A stretch of 63,580 nucleotides of DNA, the filler included, from Calcarisporiella thermophila CBS 279.70 (Eukaryota; Fungi; Calcarisporiellomycota): the NCBI RefSeq assembly GCF_041956535.1. It is 5 parts of 5 records of this genome, joined end to end, with 100 filler letters (N's around TTAATTAATTAA, not from the genome) between each part and the next. Parts side by side here need not be neighbours in the genome. Positions count along the whole stretch, not along the records: positions 25,073 to 56,429 come from NW_027192230.1; positions 56,530 to 61,417 come from NW_027192192.1; positions 61,518 to 63,580 come from NW_027192305.1; 2 more parts are not named here. The stretch is one strand, 5' to 3'. Both the position numbers and the translations under genes were made by a program. This document shows positions 51,901 through 63,580 of this stretch, one piece after another (the stretch's first letter is position 1; each line of letters starts with the position of its first letter). The notes below the pieces were generated by a model. It saw only the letters and a program-made list of their open reading frames with translations. It was not told where the DNA came from and did not search any database.

Positions 51901-52895
51901 AATGGCTTGTAGTGAGTTCAGTATGGGTTTCTCCTTCAATTTTACGGGTAATATAAGGGTCCGGTGACCTATTCATTTTTTCTTTAATATCTGTTAATTC
52001 TTTGGAAAGAGTCCCTATAACCTCGTCCCTAAATAGTTTTATGTAATTAAGTAATAATATAAATACTAATATTTATAATATAACCCACTTTGATTGAATT
52101 TCTTTTGCCATTCCTGCATTTTCTTTTTTTAATTTATCAATCGTTATATCGGATTCGTTTTCTTTAAGCATTTCTTCCAGTTGCATGAATTTGAACTATA
52201 ATATTATTTATAGAATCAATTAAAAAAAACGTTCATAGGATATGTACCTATTCTTTATACTACCTGCAAAGATTTCAAACTATTCTGCGATTGCGTACAT
52301 TCTTTTCGAACTTTTTCAAGCTCCTCCTCTGCCAAATTCCTGCTTGCCTGTTGTAATGTTAGCTCTTGCTCCATAGTGTCCGCTCGTGATACCGTTAATT
52401 CAAAATCAGTTTTGAATTGCTCAATATTAGCGCGCTCTTTATCGAGATCCTTCTGCAACGTCTCCTTTTGAGCGTTCAAAATGGCTATGTTGTTCCTGAG
52501 CGCATCAATTTCTGCCTTCAACTGAGCGTTTTCTATGAAATACCCAAAAATCAAGGAGTGAAAATAGATCAATTCAAATAAGAATAGAATTATAAAAAAT
52601 GTCTAGGATAGAAAGAGGTACCTTCTTTTGTTCTCTCGCAAACTTTTATAAGTTTTCCGGTATTTATCAAACGATCCTTAAGCACTTTAATGTTTTTATC
52701 TTTGACATCTAAATCCGTCTGTGTTTCAACAGTGCAGTAAATATCATCAGTGTCCATTAGTGATCCTGTATTTTTGTTTTCATTATGTGCTGTTAATTGT
52801 GTTATTGTGCCCCCTCGACGTGGTCTCAATCTCCTGCTAACTGTTGCGCCATTCTCTTCTGTTGTGGAAGCCTCGATGTCTTTTTCACCGTTCAT
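48981..52895 (-). CDS. ICE1: Coiled-coil / disordered / helical-CTD protein; putative Little Elongation Complex subunit 1 (ICE1) ortholog, about 10 exons
   Basis: N-term LKDRLINTGKLI + long coiled coil; CTD CRAFVNLCRLTNDLQPARTFVYDLLRE, SIEL..WDKIYDEVICKVL, IELLGSIGR, WCREAERVPHEI match human ICE1 segments as recalled from memory; not database-verified. Confidence 0.65.
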
Positions 52896-53240
52896 TTAGT
52901 GTTGGATTTTGAAAGGGTCAAAGCAATTATCGATTACAAATTAATATAGTGACTGTTTATTTTGATATTTTTAACTCTCTTCACCATCATTATTATTAAA
53001 ATCTTATTGAAAATTGGTTTTATACTAAAAAAGATGGAAAAAAGAAAATATGTAATACTAATTATATTTCGACTATTTGATATTTTAACAAAGAAAACAG
53101 CATATTTATTTGTTTTCTCTTGCTGGATTCAAAATTACGCTTTTAATATAAAAAAATACATAAAAAAATATACAAAAGTAAAAGCAGTAATTCTTCCAAT
53201 TTTCAAGGTAAATCACAAATTATTTCTCCTCAGCAAATTG

Positions 53241-56016
53241 CTATTTCTTTACCACCAGCTCTCGGAACGCATCTTGCATCATTGTTCGTAACTCTCGGTA
53301 CGTTACAATTATCCATGTATGTTCATCACGAGAAGTTAGAGTTATTTTTTCATCGATACCGGCATCCAACTAAAGGTAGGAGCTCGATAGGTAAATGGTG
53401 AATCTGGATAACTTCAAATCACTTATTTACCTTGTTTAAACATGTTAGAACATGCCCAAAATCCAGAATTGGTCTACCTTGCTCATCTACTGCGTGGAAA
53501 ACATAATCGCGGAATAACTTGATTGGGTACCATTGTCCAGATTCGGACCAGTTATACGGAGGTTGGTCATACCTAATAAAAAACATAGTTGAGTTATAGA
53601 GTTCTATTCGGAATCGAAGTTAGAAAGAATTCATACTCCTGTCTTTCATTCATGAATCCCCATTTGCACATTAGTCGCAAAAGTCGATCATTCTCAAGAT
53701 CAGTATTAAGCTCATCCTCTAAAAAATCTGTATAACTATTTTTAAGAAAATTTCAAGCCATAGTTGTAAAAATCAATTTTGGTAAAGCTCAGCAATAGTC
53801 AAAAGGAAAACTCACTGCTGTGTACTATTCAGCTCATGCAATATACGAGGCCCCACCATTGCAACAATATCGTCTACACTTTTGCGCGCAACTACTGCTC
53901 CAGGAGGTCGTAGCAAGTAGTTAAGTAAATTCTTAATATCGGGAGAATAGTGCCGTGTGATAAGTTCAATTGCTTTGGCGCGGAGATGGTGTATGTGATG
54001 AGAACTTTGGTGGTGATGAAGAGGTGCAAGTAGTGAAAGCGAACCGGTAGCAAGAGCAAGTATTAAGCGACCAAGCTGAACCAAATCTTCTTGCTGAGAA
54101 ATCCAAAATTATTTAAGTCCTTGATATGAAAAATAAATGTCCGTTTTACCTGCATTTGATTAAGTTTTGTGTCGGAGTCGTACTGAAGAACATCTAACAT
54201 CCCACAACAATTAATTCGAAGTCTATAATTAAGCATTAAAATGATGATTTATTTAAACTTGGTTTATTATCAATAGAGTCATTAAGTCTTACCTATTTTT
54301 CCCAGTGATCAGTATTTTGCTTGGCTCGAAGACCCGTGCAGCGAGTCCCGCCTTATGGATTACTCGTAATGCTGAGGCGAGTTGAGTGATATAACTCCAA
54401 AGGACTGCTTCAGGCATGGGACCACCAGGAGCACTTTCAATTCCATGAATTGACGGAGAAGTGGGAAAAAGAGATTTAGAAAGAACGAAATGCTTTTGAT
54501 ACAGTGTAATTGAACCTGGATAGTAATCATAGACAAAAACCAGAGCTATAAGAATATAAGAATTAAAAAGTTTTGTGAAAACATGGGAATAAACAACAGT
54601 AGCATTGCTCAAAACTAACTTACAATGATCTCCAAACGCCTTAGTTGTGAATGCCTCTCGTAGACCAACAATACTTGCATGGCTAATTCCTCGCCAACTC
54701 TCAACTGCTGCCATTGGTGCTTCACTTGTCAAACGGAAACCTTCAACACGTTGCAAAGTGTACATTTCCCCATCAACACTCGAGGTTGTGCGATAGGCTG
54801 ATGTAGGATAACCAAATATTCTAGAAGATGTTGCTGCTCGTGTGTCCGCTTCACTGGATTGAAGAGATTCAAGCGGAAGCAAAGAATGGTATGTATACAC
54901 CTCAGCAGGCAGATTATATATTTGCGGATCAACACTGCGAATAATTTGCTCGTGCGTGGCACGAAGGTCGTCGCGTAGATTGTCTGATAAGAAAAAAGCA
55001 TGCATCATTCTCTGTCGAGGGTGGAGATTAGCTACATGAGGAAGTGAAGTAGCATAGCGATGGAACTGAAGTGGATTTATATAGTAGCCTTCGGAAGCTG
55101 CGACAGGAACGCGAGAGACTGGCGCGGGCACAGATGGCGGAACAAGTGTCGATTGAACCCCTGCATAATTACTCAGTGCCTAGTAAGAAATATATGTGTA
55201 TTTAAGCTCCACCACACTTATTTACTTGCCAACTACAATCAGCATTTACATCACCAACTATCTCAGTTCCTATTCCAAGATGAGAAAATGAATCAGCAAA
55301 GCTAGGCAAAGCTGTGGATTGCTCCGGCCAGAAATTAGCATTCCCAGAGGAATAAAACGAGGAAGGTGAGGGCTGAAAAAACGTGTTACTAAAATAAATT
55401 TAAATATGCTGTAGATAGAGATAATTTTTTAAAGTAAATAAATCTATACCTACCTAGATGAATTATTTTTTAATTCATTTTCATTGTCATCAAAAGAATC
55501 CTCATTATGAACGAATAAAGATGAGGGTACAAATGCTGGAGCATGAATATTTGATATCGTTTCTGAGTCACCAATTGTAGCTGGTGGTCGAAAAACTGGG
55601 GATGTCACTCGTAGTTTTGATTTTGAGATATCTGCATGTGAAGTCTGCGCAGATTTACCCTAATAATGTCACAGATTAGTGCCGAATTGCGAGTTTAGAA
55701 TCAGATAATTTTGATAATAAAAACCGTTTCATGGCTGAATTCGCATCCTTTCCCCTCATATTTACAGTATCCATGTATAATCAGATTTCGGCACGTGCGT
55801 TGTTTTGTTGCTGTCGATACTTTAAAAATTTAATGATATTAACTCCAATTTCACTTGAGGCTTCCAGAAAAGATTAAAATCTCATCAACTCCAACAACCT
55901 TTTGATGTGACCGTGACTTTTGCTTGTGGCTGCTCGCTCTCCGATTTATCTGCTGGTGCCACTATAGGGATAGCAGATGAGCCCCTTGGCGGTGGTAACT
56001 GGAAATCGGCTGACAT
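53241..56016 (-). CDS. PAN3: PAN2-PAN3 deadenylase subunit PAN3
   Basis: N-terminal CCCH finger [21 protein letters not shown]; pseudokinase [32 protein letters not shown]; C-terminal [30 protein letters not shown]. Confidence 0.92.
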
Positions 56017-56269
56017 TATTTTTTTACATTTGATGATCTACCTACTGGAGAGTAGAAGAGATAGTTAAACAACTGCGCCTCAGATTATATCTGTAATTGC
56101 AAAGAAATTTGATAGTCTAGTGATAATAATAAAATTAAAATTAACTGATACAAAATTAAAACAAAAGAACTATAATGATAGAGTAGAATATATCCATAAA
56201 GTCAATCAATGTGGCATTAAAGTAGATGTGGATTCTAAAACAACAATCTATTAAAAATGAATAAAAAAT

Positions 56270-56341
56270 CTCTCCGGCCGGGAATTGAACCCGGGTCGCC
56301 CGCGTGACAGGCGGGAATACTAACCACTATACTACCGAAGA
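56270..56341 (-). tRNA. tRNA-Asp (anticodon GTC)
   Basis: TCTTCGG/CCGGAGA acceptor, TAGTATAGTGG A box, CCCGC-CT GTC AC-GCGGG, GGTTCAATTCC B box, T6 terminator. Confidence 0.96.
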
Positions 56342-56429
56342 TTTCACATCTGTTGAATTGTTACGTATAATATAAGATAGTATATAGAATAAGGATAAGA
56401 TATTCGTAATCTCAGAATCTTGTTGAAAA

Positions 56430-56529
56430 NNNNNNNNNNNNNNNNNNNNNNNNNNNNNNNNNNNNNNNNNNNNTTAATTAATTAANNNNNNNNNNNNNNN
56501 NNNNNNNNNNNNNNNNNNNNNNNNNNNNN
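56430..56529. other. Artificial contig linker
   Basis: N44-TTAATTAATTAA-N44. Confidence 0.95.
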
Positions 56530-57973
56530 AAGTGGAGAAACACACCGTTGCATTTGGCAACACAGAAGGATAGAAGCCATATTGTGCATATGTTAGTGAC
56601 CGACTTTTGTGCAGAGGTGAATATCAAAGACAAATGGGGAGGAACCCCACTGCATTCGACATCGCAGAACTCTAGGGGCGAAGTTGTGAGAATGTTGGTG
56701 ACCGAGTTCGATGCAGAGGTGAATATCAAAGACAATCGGGGACGTACTCCGTTGTTTTATGCAGCAGATGGTAACGATGAAGTTGCAATGATGTTGGTGA
56801 CGGAATTCGGTGCAGAAGTGAATATCAAAGATATATGTGGATCAACTCCTTTACATCTGGCGATTCAATGGTGTAGGGACGATACTGTAAGGGTTATAGC
56901 ATCTGAATTCGAAGCAGGAGTGAATATCAAAGATAGGTCGGGAATAACACCATTGCATTTAGCAGCAGAGTGGGGTAGAGATGATATTGTGAGGATGTTG
57001 GTGACCGACTTTAGTGCAGAGGTGGATATCAAAGACAAGCATGGAAGCACTCCGTTGCATGCGGCAGCAAAGTATGGTAACAACGAAATTGTGAAGTTGT
57101 TGGTGACCGAGTTTGGCGCAGATGTGAATATAGAAGACGAATGGGGAAGTATTCCACTGCATTGGGCATCGCAGAGCTGTAGGTGCGATGTTGTGAGAAT
57201 GTTGGTGACCGAGTTCGGTGCAGAGGTGAATATCAAAGACGATCGGGGACGTACTCCACTGCATTGGGCAGCACAAGGGGATGAGAGTGGAATAGTGAAG
57301 ATGTTGGTGACGGAATTAGGCGCAGAGGTGAACATTAGGGATGCGGATGGGAGATCTCCACTACATATTGCAGTTCAGTGTTGTAGGGACGATGCCGTGA
57401 GGATGCTGGTGGTTGAGTGTGGCGCAGAAGTGAATATCAAAGACAAGTTGGGAAAAACGCCGTTGCATTTGGCAGCAGAGGGTGACTATATGGACTATAG
57501 GGACTATAAGGACGAGATTTTGAAGACGTTAGTGAACCACTCTAATGCAGAGCTGGATATCAAAGACAATTGTGGAAGCACTCCGTTGCATATGGCTGTA
57601 GAGCGGGGTAGAATTGATATTGTGAAGTTGTTGGTGACCCACTTTAGTGCAGAGGTGGATATCAAAGACGACCATGGAAGCACTCCGTTGCATGTGGCAG
57701 CAAAGTTTGATAGAAATGATATTGTGAAGTTGTTGTTGAACGAGTTCGGTGCAGGAGTGAATATCAAAGACTGTGAAGGAAAAACTCCTCTGCATTTGGC
57801 AGCACATTGGCGTAGAAGCGATATTGTGAAGTTGTTGATTACCGAATTCGGTGCAAAAGTAGATACTGAAGACGAAGCAATACTCCATTACATATGGCAA
57901 CATGGTGGTGTGATGACGATGTTGTGAAGATGCTGGAAACTAAGTTTGGTGCAGAGAAGAATATCAAAGGTTA
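56530..57973 (+). CDS. Ankyrin-repeat protein, 5'-partial, about 14 repeats of 34 aa; frameshift before the last repeat
   Basis: Repeated G.TPLH.A....IV..LVTEFGAEVNIKD at ~102-bp period; frame slips at ~57875, last repeat ends at TAG 57971-57973. Confidence 0.85.
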
Positions 57974-58740
57974 GCAGAGAAGATCTTTATTTAATTGGGG
58001 CGCAGTATGAGGAAGGTATGGAGATCAGAAGTGGCGATTGATTCACTAAGCTCTGTATAAGGAATATTGTTTAAATATTTGATTTAAATAGCTTGAATTT
58101 ATCCCAATCGAATTGCTGCAAGCGTTTTCTAGCTATACCAATACGAGTAAATATAAAGAGAAAGAAGAGTAGAATATACTCTAAATGATGCGAAGCGAAA
58201 GCTAATATTTCACTTTGTCAACACGCTGTTCTGATTACTTTTTTTGCAGTATTGAAGTTTGATGTGAATGTCAAAATCCAAATAAACGGAGAAATTTTTG
58301 TTAATACGGAAGGTTGAAGGAGTGTTATTTCGAAGTGATGGAAAATGCACTTGAGATAAATATGAAAGATACGCTTTGATATTTGCCTCTCAATATCAAT
58401 TTAAAATAGTTAAAGATAAATAGGGAAGATCTCTGTTGCATTGAACAACGTTAGGGAATAAGAATGAAGTTGTAAAAATATTGGTGATAAAATGCGGTGC
58501 AAATGTGAATATAACGTAATTGAGGAAAGAGTATCGTTGCGTTTAGTTGCAAAAAAGGGTGTTCGAGAAATTGTGATGTGGTTGGCCGAGTTCGCTGCAG
58601 AAAAGAAAGTCAAAGGCTAATGAAACAACCTAATTAAACCGGGGAGCAGGATCAAGTAGAGGATTCATGTAATTATGGCTGATTTCCCTAGAGATATAGA
58701 TATTGGTGAGTACAGTATAATTGTTAAGTAGATATACAAA
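57880..58740 (+). repeat. Copy 1 of a segmental duplication (ankyrin gene 3' end and downstream degenerate repeats)
   Basis: Colinear similarity to 60002-61110 (e.g. gaaggtatggagatcagaa..gattcactaagct..tctagctataccaatacg..ctgttctgattacttttt). Confidence 0.85.
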
Positions 58741-58979
58741 TGGGGACAAAATTGGCACCATGTTTTACAATTTTGTAATTTCTTGTAAATATCTCCTTAT
58801 TGAATGAAGAAATATACGAGCGCCTCAACCACAATAAAAATGTGGATCTGCTCTTGTAGTTGATTCACTTGCTACCCTGGTTATGTATGGTCTTTACAAA
58901 CTTATAGGGTTTTTAAATCAGATCCTTAGGTAAACTTGCTGTTGCAAAATTTTGGTCGACATATTTGTTACCTTTATAC

Positions 58980-60000
58980 TTAAGAATTCTTTTAATACTT
59001 AGTATATCCTCCCTTAGCTTTATAAACTGCACGGATCCTCCTCGGCATACTTTCGTAGAGCTTGTCGATATATAGCTGATCCATGTGCTCCCATGTGTAT
59101 TCAATTCGATTCCATAGTTCTTCCCTATCTCTTGGCCTTGTCGGATATGCTCGAAGTTTTCTCTAAAAGATACTCCACATAATCTCTATTGGATTTAAAT
59201 CTGGTGACTGAGCAGGCCATTTCAAAACTTTTATTCCATGTTTTCGCAACCAAGCTTGGGTTGTCCTTGCGGTGTGAGGAGGAGCGTTATCATGTTGAAA
59301 GATGGTCTCTTCTTTATTGAGCCCATATCAATCGAGTGTTCCAATGAAATCTTCTGCCAAAATTTTGCGGTACAGCAGCTTAGCACTCACTCCACCATCG
59401 ATACGACAAAGATGCCCAGCTCCTTGCGAAGTTATGCAGCTCCACACGGTGATGGGGTCTTTTCCATACTTCATCTTTGGAATGATATTTGTTGGAGAAC
59501 GACCAGGCATGATCTAAGTCTGAATAGTTGTTGTGTTACGACGGTTATTTCATACTTATACAAATATGTATAAGCAAGTATCTTATCATCATTATTAGTC
59601 ATCATCTCCTATTCTATCATATATATAGGATGTGCTTTCTCTCTTTTGAATTCTCTTGTAGTGTGTGTTATTTGTGTTATCCCTTCTATCTGTCTTCTTT
59701 CCTTTTATTAATATACTCTTAATAAGATCCAACAATATTACATTCCCGCAGAGGCTGTCCCTCTTTTACATAGGTGTATTGCTTTCCAGTAGTCTGTATT
59801 AAAGGAATGACAGTCTCATCGGAGAAGTTTATCTTTCGAAATTTTTCAGAATTCCATCTTGTAAGTTGTGCTACAAATTTGTAACGAGCCAAAAAATGTC
59901 GTGGCATCAACAGCGGCTTCCTAGGGATCGATCTAGGCTTTACTTTGGATCGTTTAAGCGCTCTCTTTATGGTTTTGGTAGATGCATCCTTATTAAGCTC
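58980..60000 (-). mobile_element. Tc1 (DD34E) transposase relic, 5'-truncated, with premature stops
   Basis: [30 protein letters not shown]-(34 aa)[12 protein letters not shown]; internal TGA/TAG. Confidence 0.9.
59490..59734. mobile_element. Solo LTR (245 bp) inserted in the Tc1 relic
   Basis: Termini TGTTGGA...TCCAACA; 5-bp TSD ATATT at 59485-59489 and 59735-59739; excision restores LRECNIIPKMKYG in frame. Confidence 0.9.
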
Positions 60001-60001
60001 T

Positions 60002-61110
60002 AACTCCACTGTATTTGGCAACACGGCGGTGTGATGATGATGTTGTGAAAATGTTGGAAACTGAGCTCGGTGCAGAGAATAATATCAAAGATTAGCAGAG
60101 AGGATCTTTAATTAATTGGGGCGCATAATGGGGAAGGTATGGAGATCAGAAATGGTGGTTGATTCACTAAGCTATGTATAAGGAATACAGTTTAAATCTG
60201 TTTAAATAACTTGAATTTATCTCAATCGAATCGTTGCAAGTGGTTTCTAGCTATACCAATACGTGTAAATATAGAAAAAGAGGAGTTGAATATCTCTCAG
60301 AATAATGCGAAGAGAAAGCTAATTTTTCTCTTTGTCAACACTCTGTTCTGATTACTTTTTTTTGCAGTATTGAAGTATAAGGGTTTTCTTGAAGATTTTC
60401 TTGAATATAACAGATTATATATATTTGGTGAAATTTCGGAAAGCCAACTCAATTGCAAAATTCCAAGTGTTGGATTACGAATTTGGAATTTGATTTTACA
60501 CTACTTCTTTACAGAGTATAGCATAGCGAACTCGAAGATATACGTTGATTTACCAAAAATTGTGAAGTTATTGTTGGTCGAGCTGGATGTAGACGTGAAT
60601 ACAACTAGGGAATAACTGCATTGGACAGTGAGGTTATAAAAAGGTTATTAACCGATTGTCAATATCAAAGGAAACCGAGAAAGTTTCGTTAATACGGAGT
60701 GAAGAAGCAATTTTAATTTGTAGTGATGGTAACTACACTTGATACAGATATAAAGAATATACTTTGACTATTATACTGTAAATTGATATGGAGAGGTGCA
60801 TATTAAGAACAAATAGGGAAGGACTCCGTTGCATTGGGGAGTAAGGACGAAGTTATGAAAATGTTGGTTACCAAATGCGGCGCAAATGTGAATGTTAGTG
60901 ATAATAAGGGAAAAAGCGTCGTTGTATTTGGGTGCACAATAGGGTTGTCGGGAAACTGTGAGGAAGTTGGTAGCGGAGTTGTGTACAGAGGTGAATGTCT
61001 AATTAATTCAGGGAACATGATAAAGGAGAGGTAATATGCAGCTACGACTGATATCACAAGAGATATAGGGAAAATTCGTGAATACAGCATTTTTATTAAG
61101 TAGATATATA
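60002..61110 (+). pseudogene. Copy 2 of the duplicated ankyrin 3' region (degenerate ankyrin repeats)
   Basis: TPLYLATRRCDDDVVKMLETELGAENNIKD*, further broken ankyrin-like units at ~60560 and 60815-60920. Confidence 0.75.
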
Positions 61111-61417
61111 GCGTAAAAGTTTGATGATAAAAAACTGATAAACGTGGAAATATTTTAAGAACTATTACTCTAGATTTTAATCTCATTACAGGACATTTTT
61201 AACAAGAAAATGTTTCTGAAACTTTGATTCATCAATAATTGAAGAGTCTAGAAATAATTTCTATATGTAACAAAGTTGAATTTACAGTCATTATGTCTGT
61301 TGAAATTTCCAAAAATAGAACAATACATGAATGGAAATTTTGATTTTGGTGAGTACATTTGAGATTAATGTGGAGGGTACGGCTCATCTGACATATAACG
61401 TATTGATACAAGGGACT

Positions 61418-61517
61418 NNNNNNNNNNNNNNNNNNNNNNNNNNNNNNNNNNNNNNNNNNNNTTAATTAATTAANNNNNNNNNNNNNNNNNNNNNNNNNNN
61501 NNNNNNNNNNNNNNNNN
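61418..61517. other. Artificial contig linker
   Basis: N44-TTAATTAATTAA-N44. Confidence 0.95.
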
Positions 61518-62071
61518 AAAAAAATACATCCCTACGGGAAGTGTAGTGTCAACCGTCCGTGATGCGGCAATCTGAATCATCCATCAATCCAGATTAACGA
61601 TAACAATGCCCAACCAAGCGAAGTAGCACTCGTTGAACATCCAGCACGCGAGTTGCAAAATACTCGAGAGGTCCAAATGGTGATTCGCGTTCATAAAGGA
61701 TAAAAAGAACGACTTTCAGGAGCTTTGGTAAAGAGGAAGCTGGATACAAAACCAAGGAGGCGAAATATCTTTCATCCGAAACTTTTAACTCTAATACGGC
61801 TATACCAAATACTCTACCACCCTTAACTCCTCCCTTCCTGGATTTAACGTCCTAATTTCTCCATCCTTTATCTTATACATATTACAGATTTTATTATATT
61901 ATATTTTTCTTTCTCTTATATTTTCACCTTCCTTTATAAGATATGCACACTCTTTATATAAATTTCTTGTTTTCTGATGATTATCAATCTCTTTAAACTA
62001 AGAACGAAAAAGGATGCAATGCAATAAAGATCCGTAGTAAAAAAAAGAGGATTATAATGAAAAAAAAAAAA
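61518..62071 (+). mobile_element. Probable 3' end of a LINE (degenerate ORF2 C-terminus, AT-rich 3'UTR, A-tail)
   Basis: Broken reading AAI*IIHQSR...DFQELW*RGSWI resembles L1/Tx1 ORF2 ends; followed by a pyrimidine/AT-rich UTR and A12 at 62060-62071. Confidence 0.4.
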
Positions 62072-62559
62072 TCCAATTCAAATAGCGGATGGCTGTGGAG
62101 CCCGACTGGAAGAAAAACTCCATCGTCATATGGCAGGGTGAAAAGGTCGTCATTATCCAGGATGAATCTAGATTCTTACTCGAAAAACTCTGTTATAAAT
62201 CAACTGTATCTTCCTTCCACTCTACTCTACTTAGTTTGTTTATTTTATTTTATTTTTTTTTTTTTGTGTATGTGTTTGATTTTAAATAGAATACAAAAAT
62301 AACCAAGTCAAAACCATTTTATATAATCCAATTCCCTCTGCACCTAAAATATAATTTAATATTCAAAGAGGTACAAGAAATGCATCGAGCATGGGGTGGG
62401 AAATGGCTTCCACGAGGAGCTTGTTGGGTTATCTCGGGGCTTGGATGCCATCAATAGTGCAAATAGAATAGAGTGTTCAATAATACCAAAAGAGTTACAT
62501 AAAAAGGGACTTAAACAAACCCATTTGAAGGATTCAAAAATAGGTACATCAAAACTTTT

Positions 62560-63540
62560 AGACAGGAGACTGAGGCTGATCTGCGGCCCTCGTCCATCCC
62601 ATAGAAATTGTCGTACAATTGTGTCCAGTTCTTTGAAGAAATGTTCAGGAGGGCGGATCATTGTGGCGACGTACCATATCCTGGATAGGAGTCGGGAGTT
62701 GATCAGGTGGACTTTCCCTATGAGGCTGAGTTTCCGGATTTTCCAAGATTTGATCGTCTGCCTCAGTTTCGATAATTGGCTCGTGTAGTATGCCTCACTT
62801 GGGTGTTCTGGCATGAGGGTGGGGTTGGCTGCTGACGGAAGATAGATTGGGATGCCGAGGCATGTGATTGCTCCCCCTGCAGGTATGTATTCACATCCAG
62901 GGTCGACGGAGGTGCGGGCAGCGGGTGTAAGTGCTACGGCCTCCGTTTTGTCAATGTTTATTTTCGCGTCGGCCGCTCGCGAGTAAGTGTCTATGAACTG
63001 GTAGAGGGTGGTGACATCTTGTTGGTCAGCCACTCCTACGGTCAGGTCATCTGCGTACGCGAGTGTCGTGATAGGCCGAGGGAGTCCTGGGATAGCTATT
63101 TCCCGTATCTTGCTCCTGATTATCATAAGCAGGGGTTCAACAGTGATGTTGTAGAGATATGGGGATAGGGGGTCGCCTTGTCTCACCCCTCTTGTAATTG
63201 GGAATGGAGTTGTGAGCGTTCCACTTATGGACACCGATGCTTGATATCCGCTGTGTAAGCGCTGGATGAAGGATCGGAACCGTGGACCGAAGTTGAATTT
63301 TTCCAGGCATTGTTGCATCCAGTGCCAGCTTACTCGGTCGTAGGCTTTCGCTTGGTCAAGAAATAAGAGTGTCCCTTTGCACTTTTCTTTCGCTGCGTAT
63401 TCTATTGTCTGGTGTATGGTAAGGAGTTCTCCTGTGCCTGACGTCCCGGGACGAAGCCACATTGGTCGGGATGGATGATCGACGCGATTACTCTCTGTAT
63501 TCTCCACGCGAGTATTCTCGTCAGGAGCTTGATGTCCAAT
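62560..63540 (-). mobile_element. L1/Tx1-like LINE reverse transcriptase fragment
   Basis: DIKLLTRILAWR..HPDQCGFVPGR (frameshift) LDQAKAYDRVSW, GVRQGDPLSPYLY, LAYADD, INIDKTE, CLGIP, LSLIGKV. Confidence 0.92.
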
Positions 63541-63580
63541 ACGCACTGTGACGGGGGTTTTTAGTTGGAGAGAAAGATTT

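Noticed and set aside
57502-57516. DYKDE resembling a FLAG tag
   Set aside because: Arises from a local 9-bp triplication; not DYKDDDDK and no vector sequence.
56548-57927. Regularly spaced DNA repeats resembling a CRISPR array
   Set aside because: Period is ~102 bp, in frame, and encodes ankyrin repeats; eukaryotic context and no cas genes.
62089-62200. VIIQDESRF resembling the Tc1 FSDESRF motif
   Set aside because: Single short motif without the remaining catalytic segments; too weak to call.
1-63580. Fanzor/TnpB, Cas or other RNA-guided nuclease; intact rRNA genes
   Set aside because: No RuvC/zinc-finger signature in any ORF and no continuous rRNA homology seen.

Overview
Eukaryotic DNA from a fungus, most likely an early-diverging lineage (Mucoromycota/Zoopagomycota-like: short AT-rich introns, class IV chitin synthase, L1/Tx1-type LINEs, metazoan-like genes). 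The window is a concatenation of five contigs joined by artificial N44-TTAATTAATTAA-N44 linkers, plus one 510-N gap, so adjacency across linkers is unproven. Contents: a decayed CACTA/EnSpm transposase with 128-bp repeats; several L1/Tx1-like LINE fragments; a Tc1 relic carrying a solo LTR; a Harbinger-type MITE; three tRNA genes; and about 18 host genes (chitin synthase, MIT protein, two small secreted proteins, GMC oxidoreductase, MEDS-PAS hybrid histidine kinase, ABC-class ATPase, MFS, RING E3, TAF4, ARL2, mRNA capping guanylyltransferase, DUF4504-like, PFKFB, GH2-malectin, ICE1-like, PAN3, ankyrin array). Most notable: (1) all three tRNA genes have a LINE or a contig break directly upstream, suggesting Pol III-targeted retrotransposition (TRE5-like geometry); (2) an apparent fungal ortholog of the Little Elongation Complex scaffold ICE1; (3) a capping enzyme whose ~930-aa disordered His-rich tail depends on splicing of one intron; (4) a MEDS-domain hybrid kinase beside an atypical GMC oxidoreductase. 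All family assignments are from motif recognition by eye; no database search was run.
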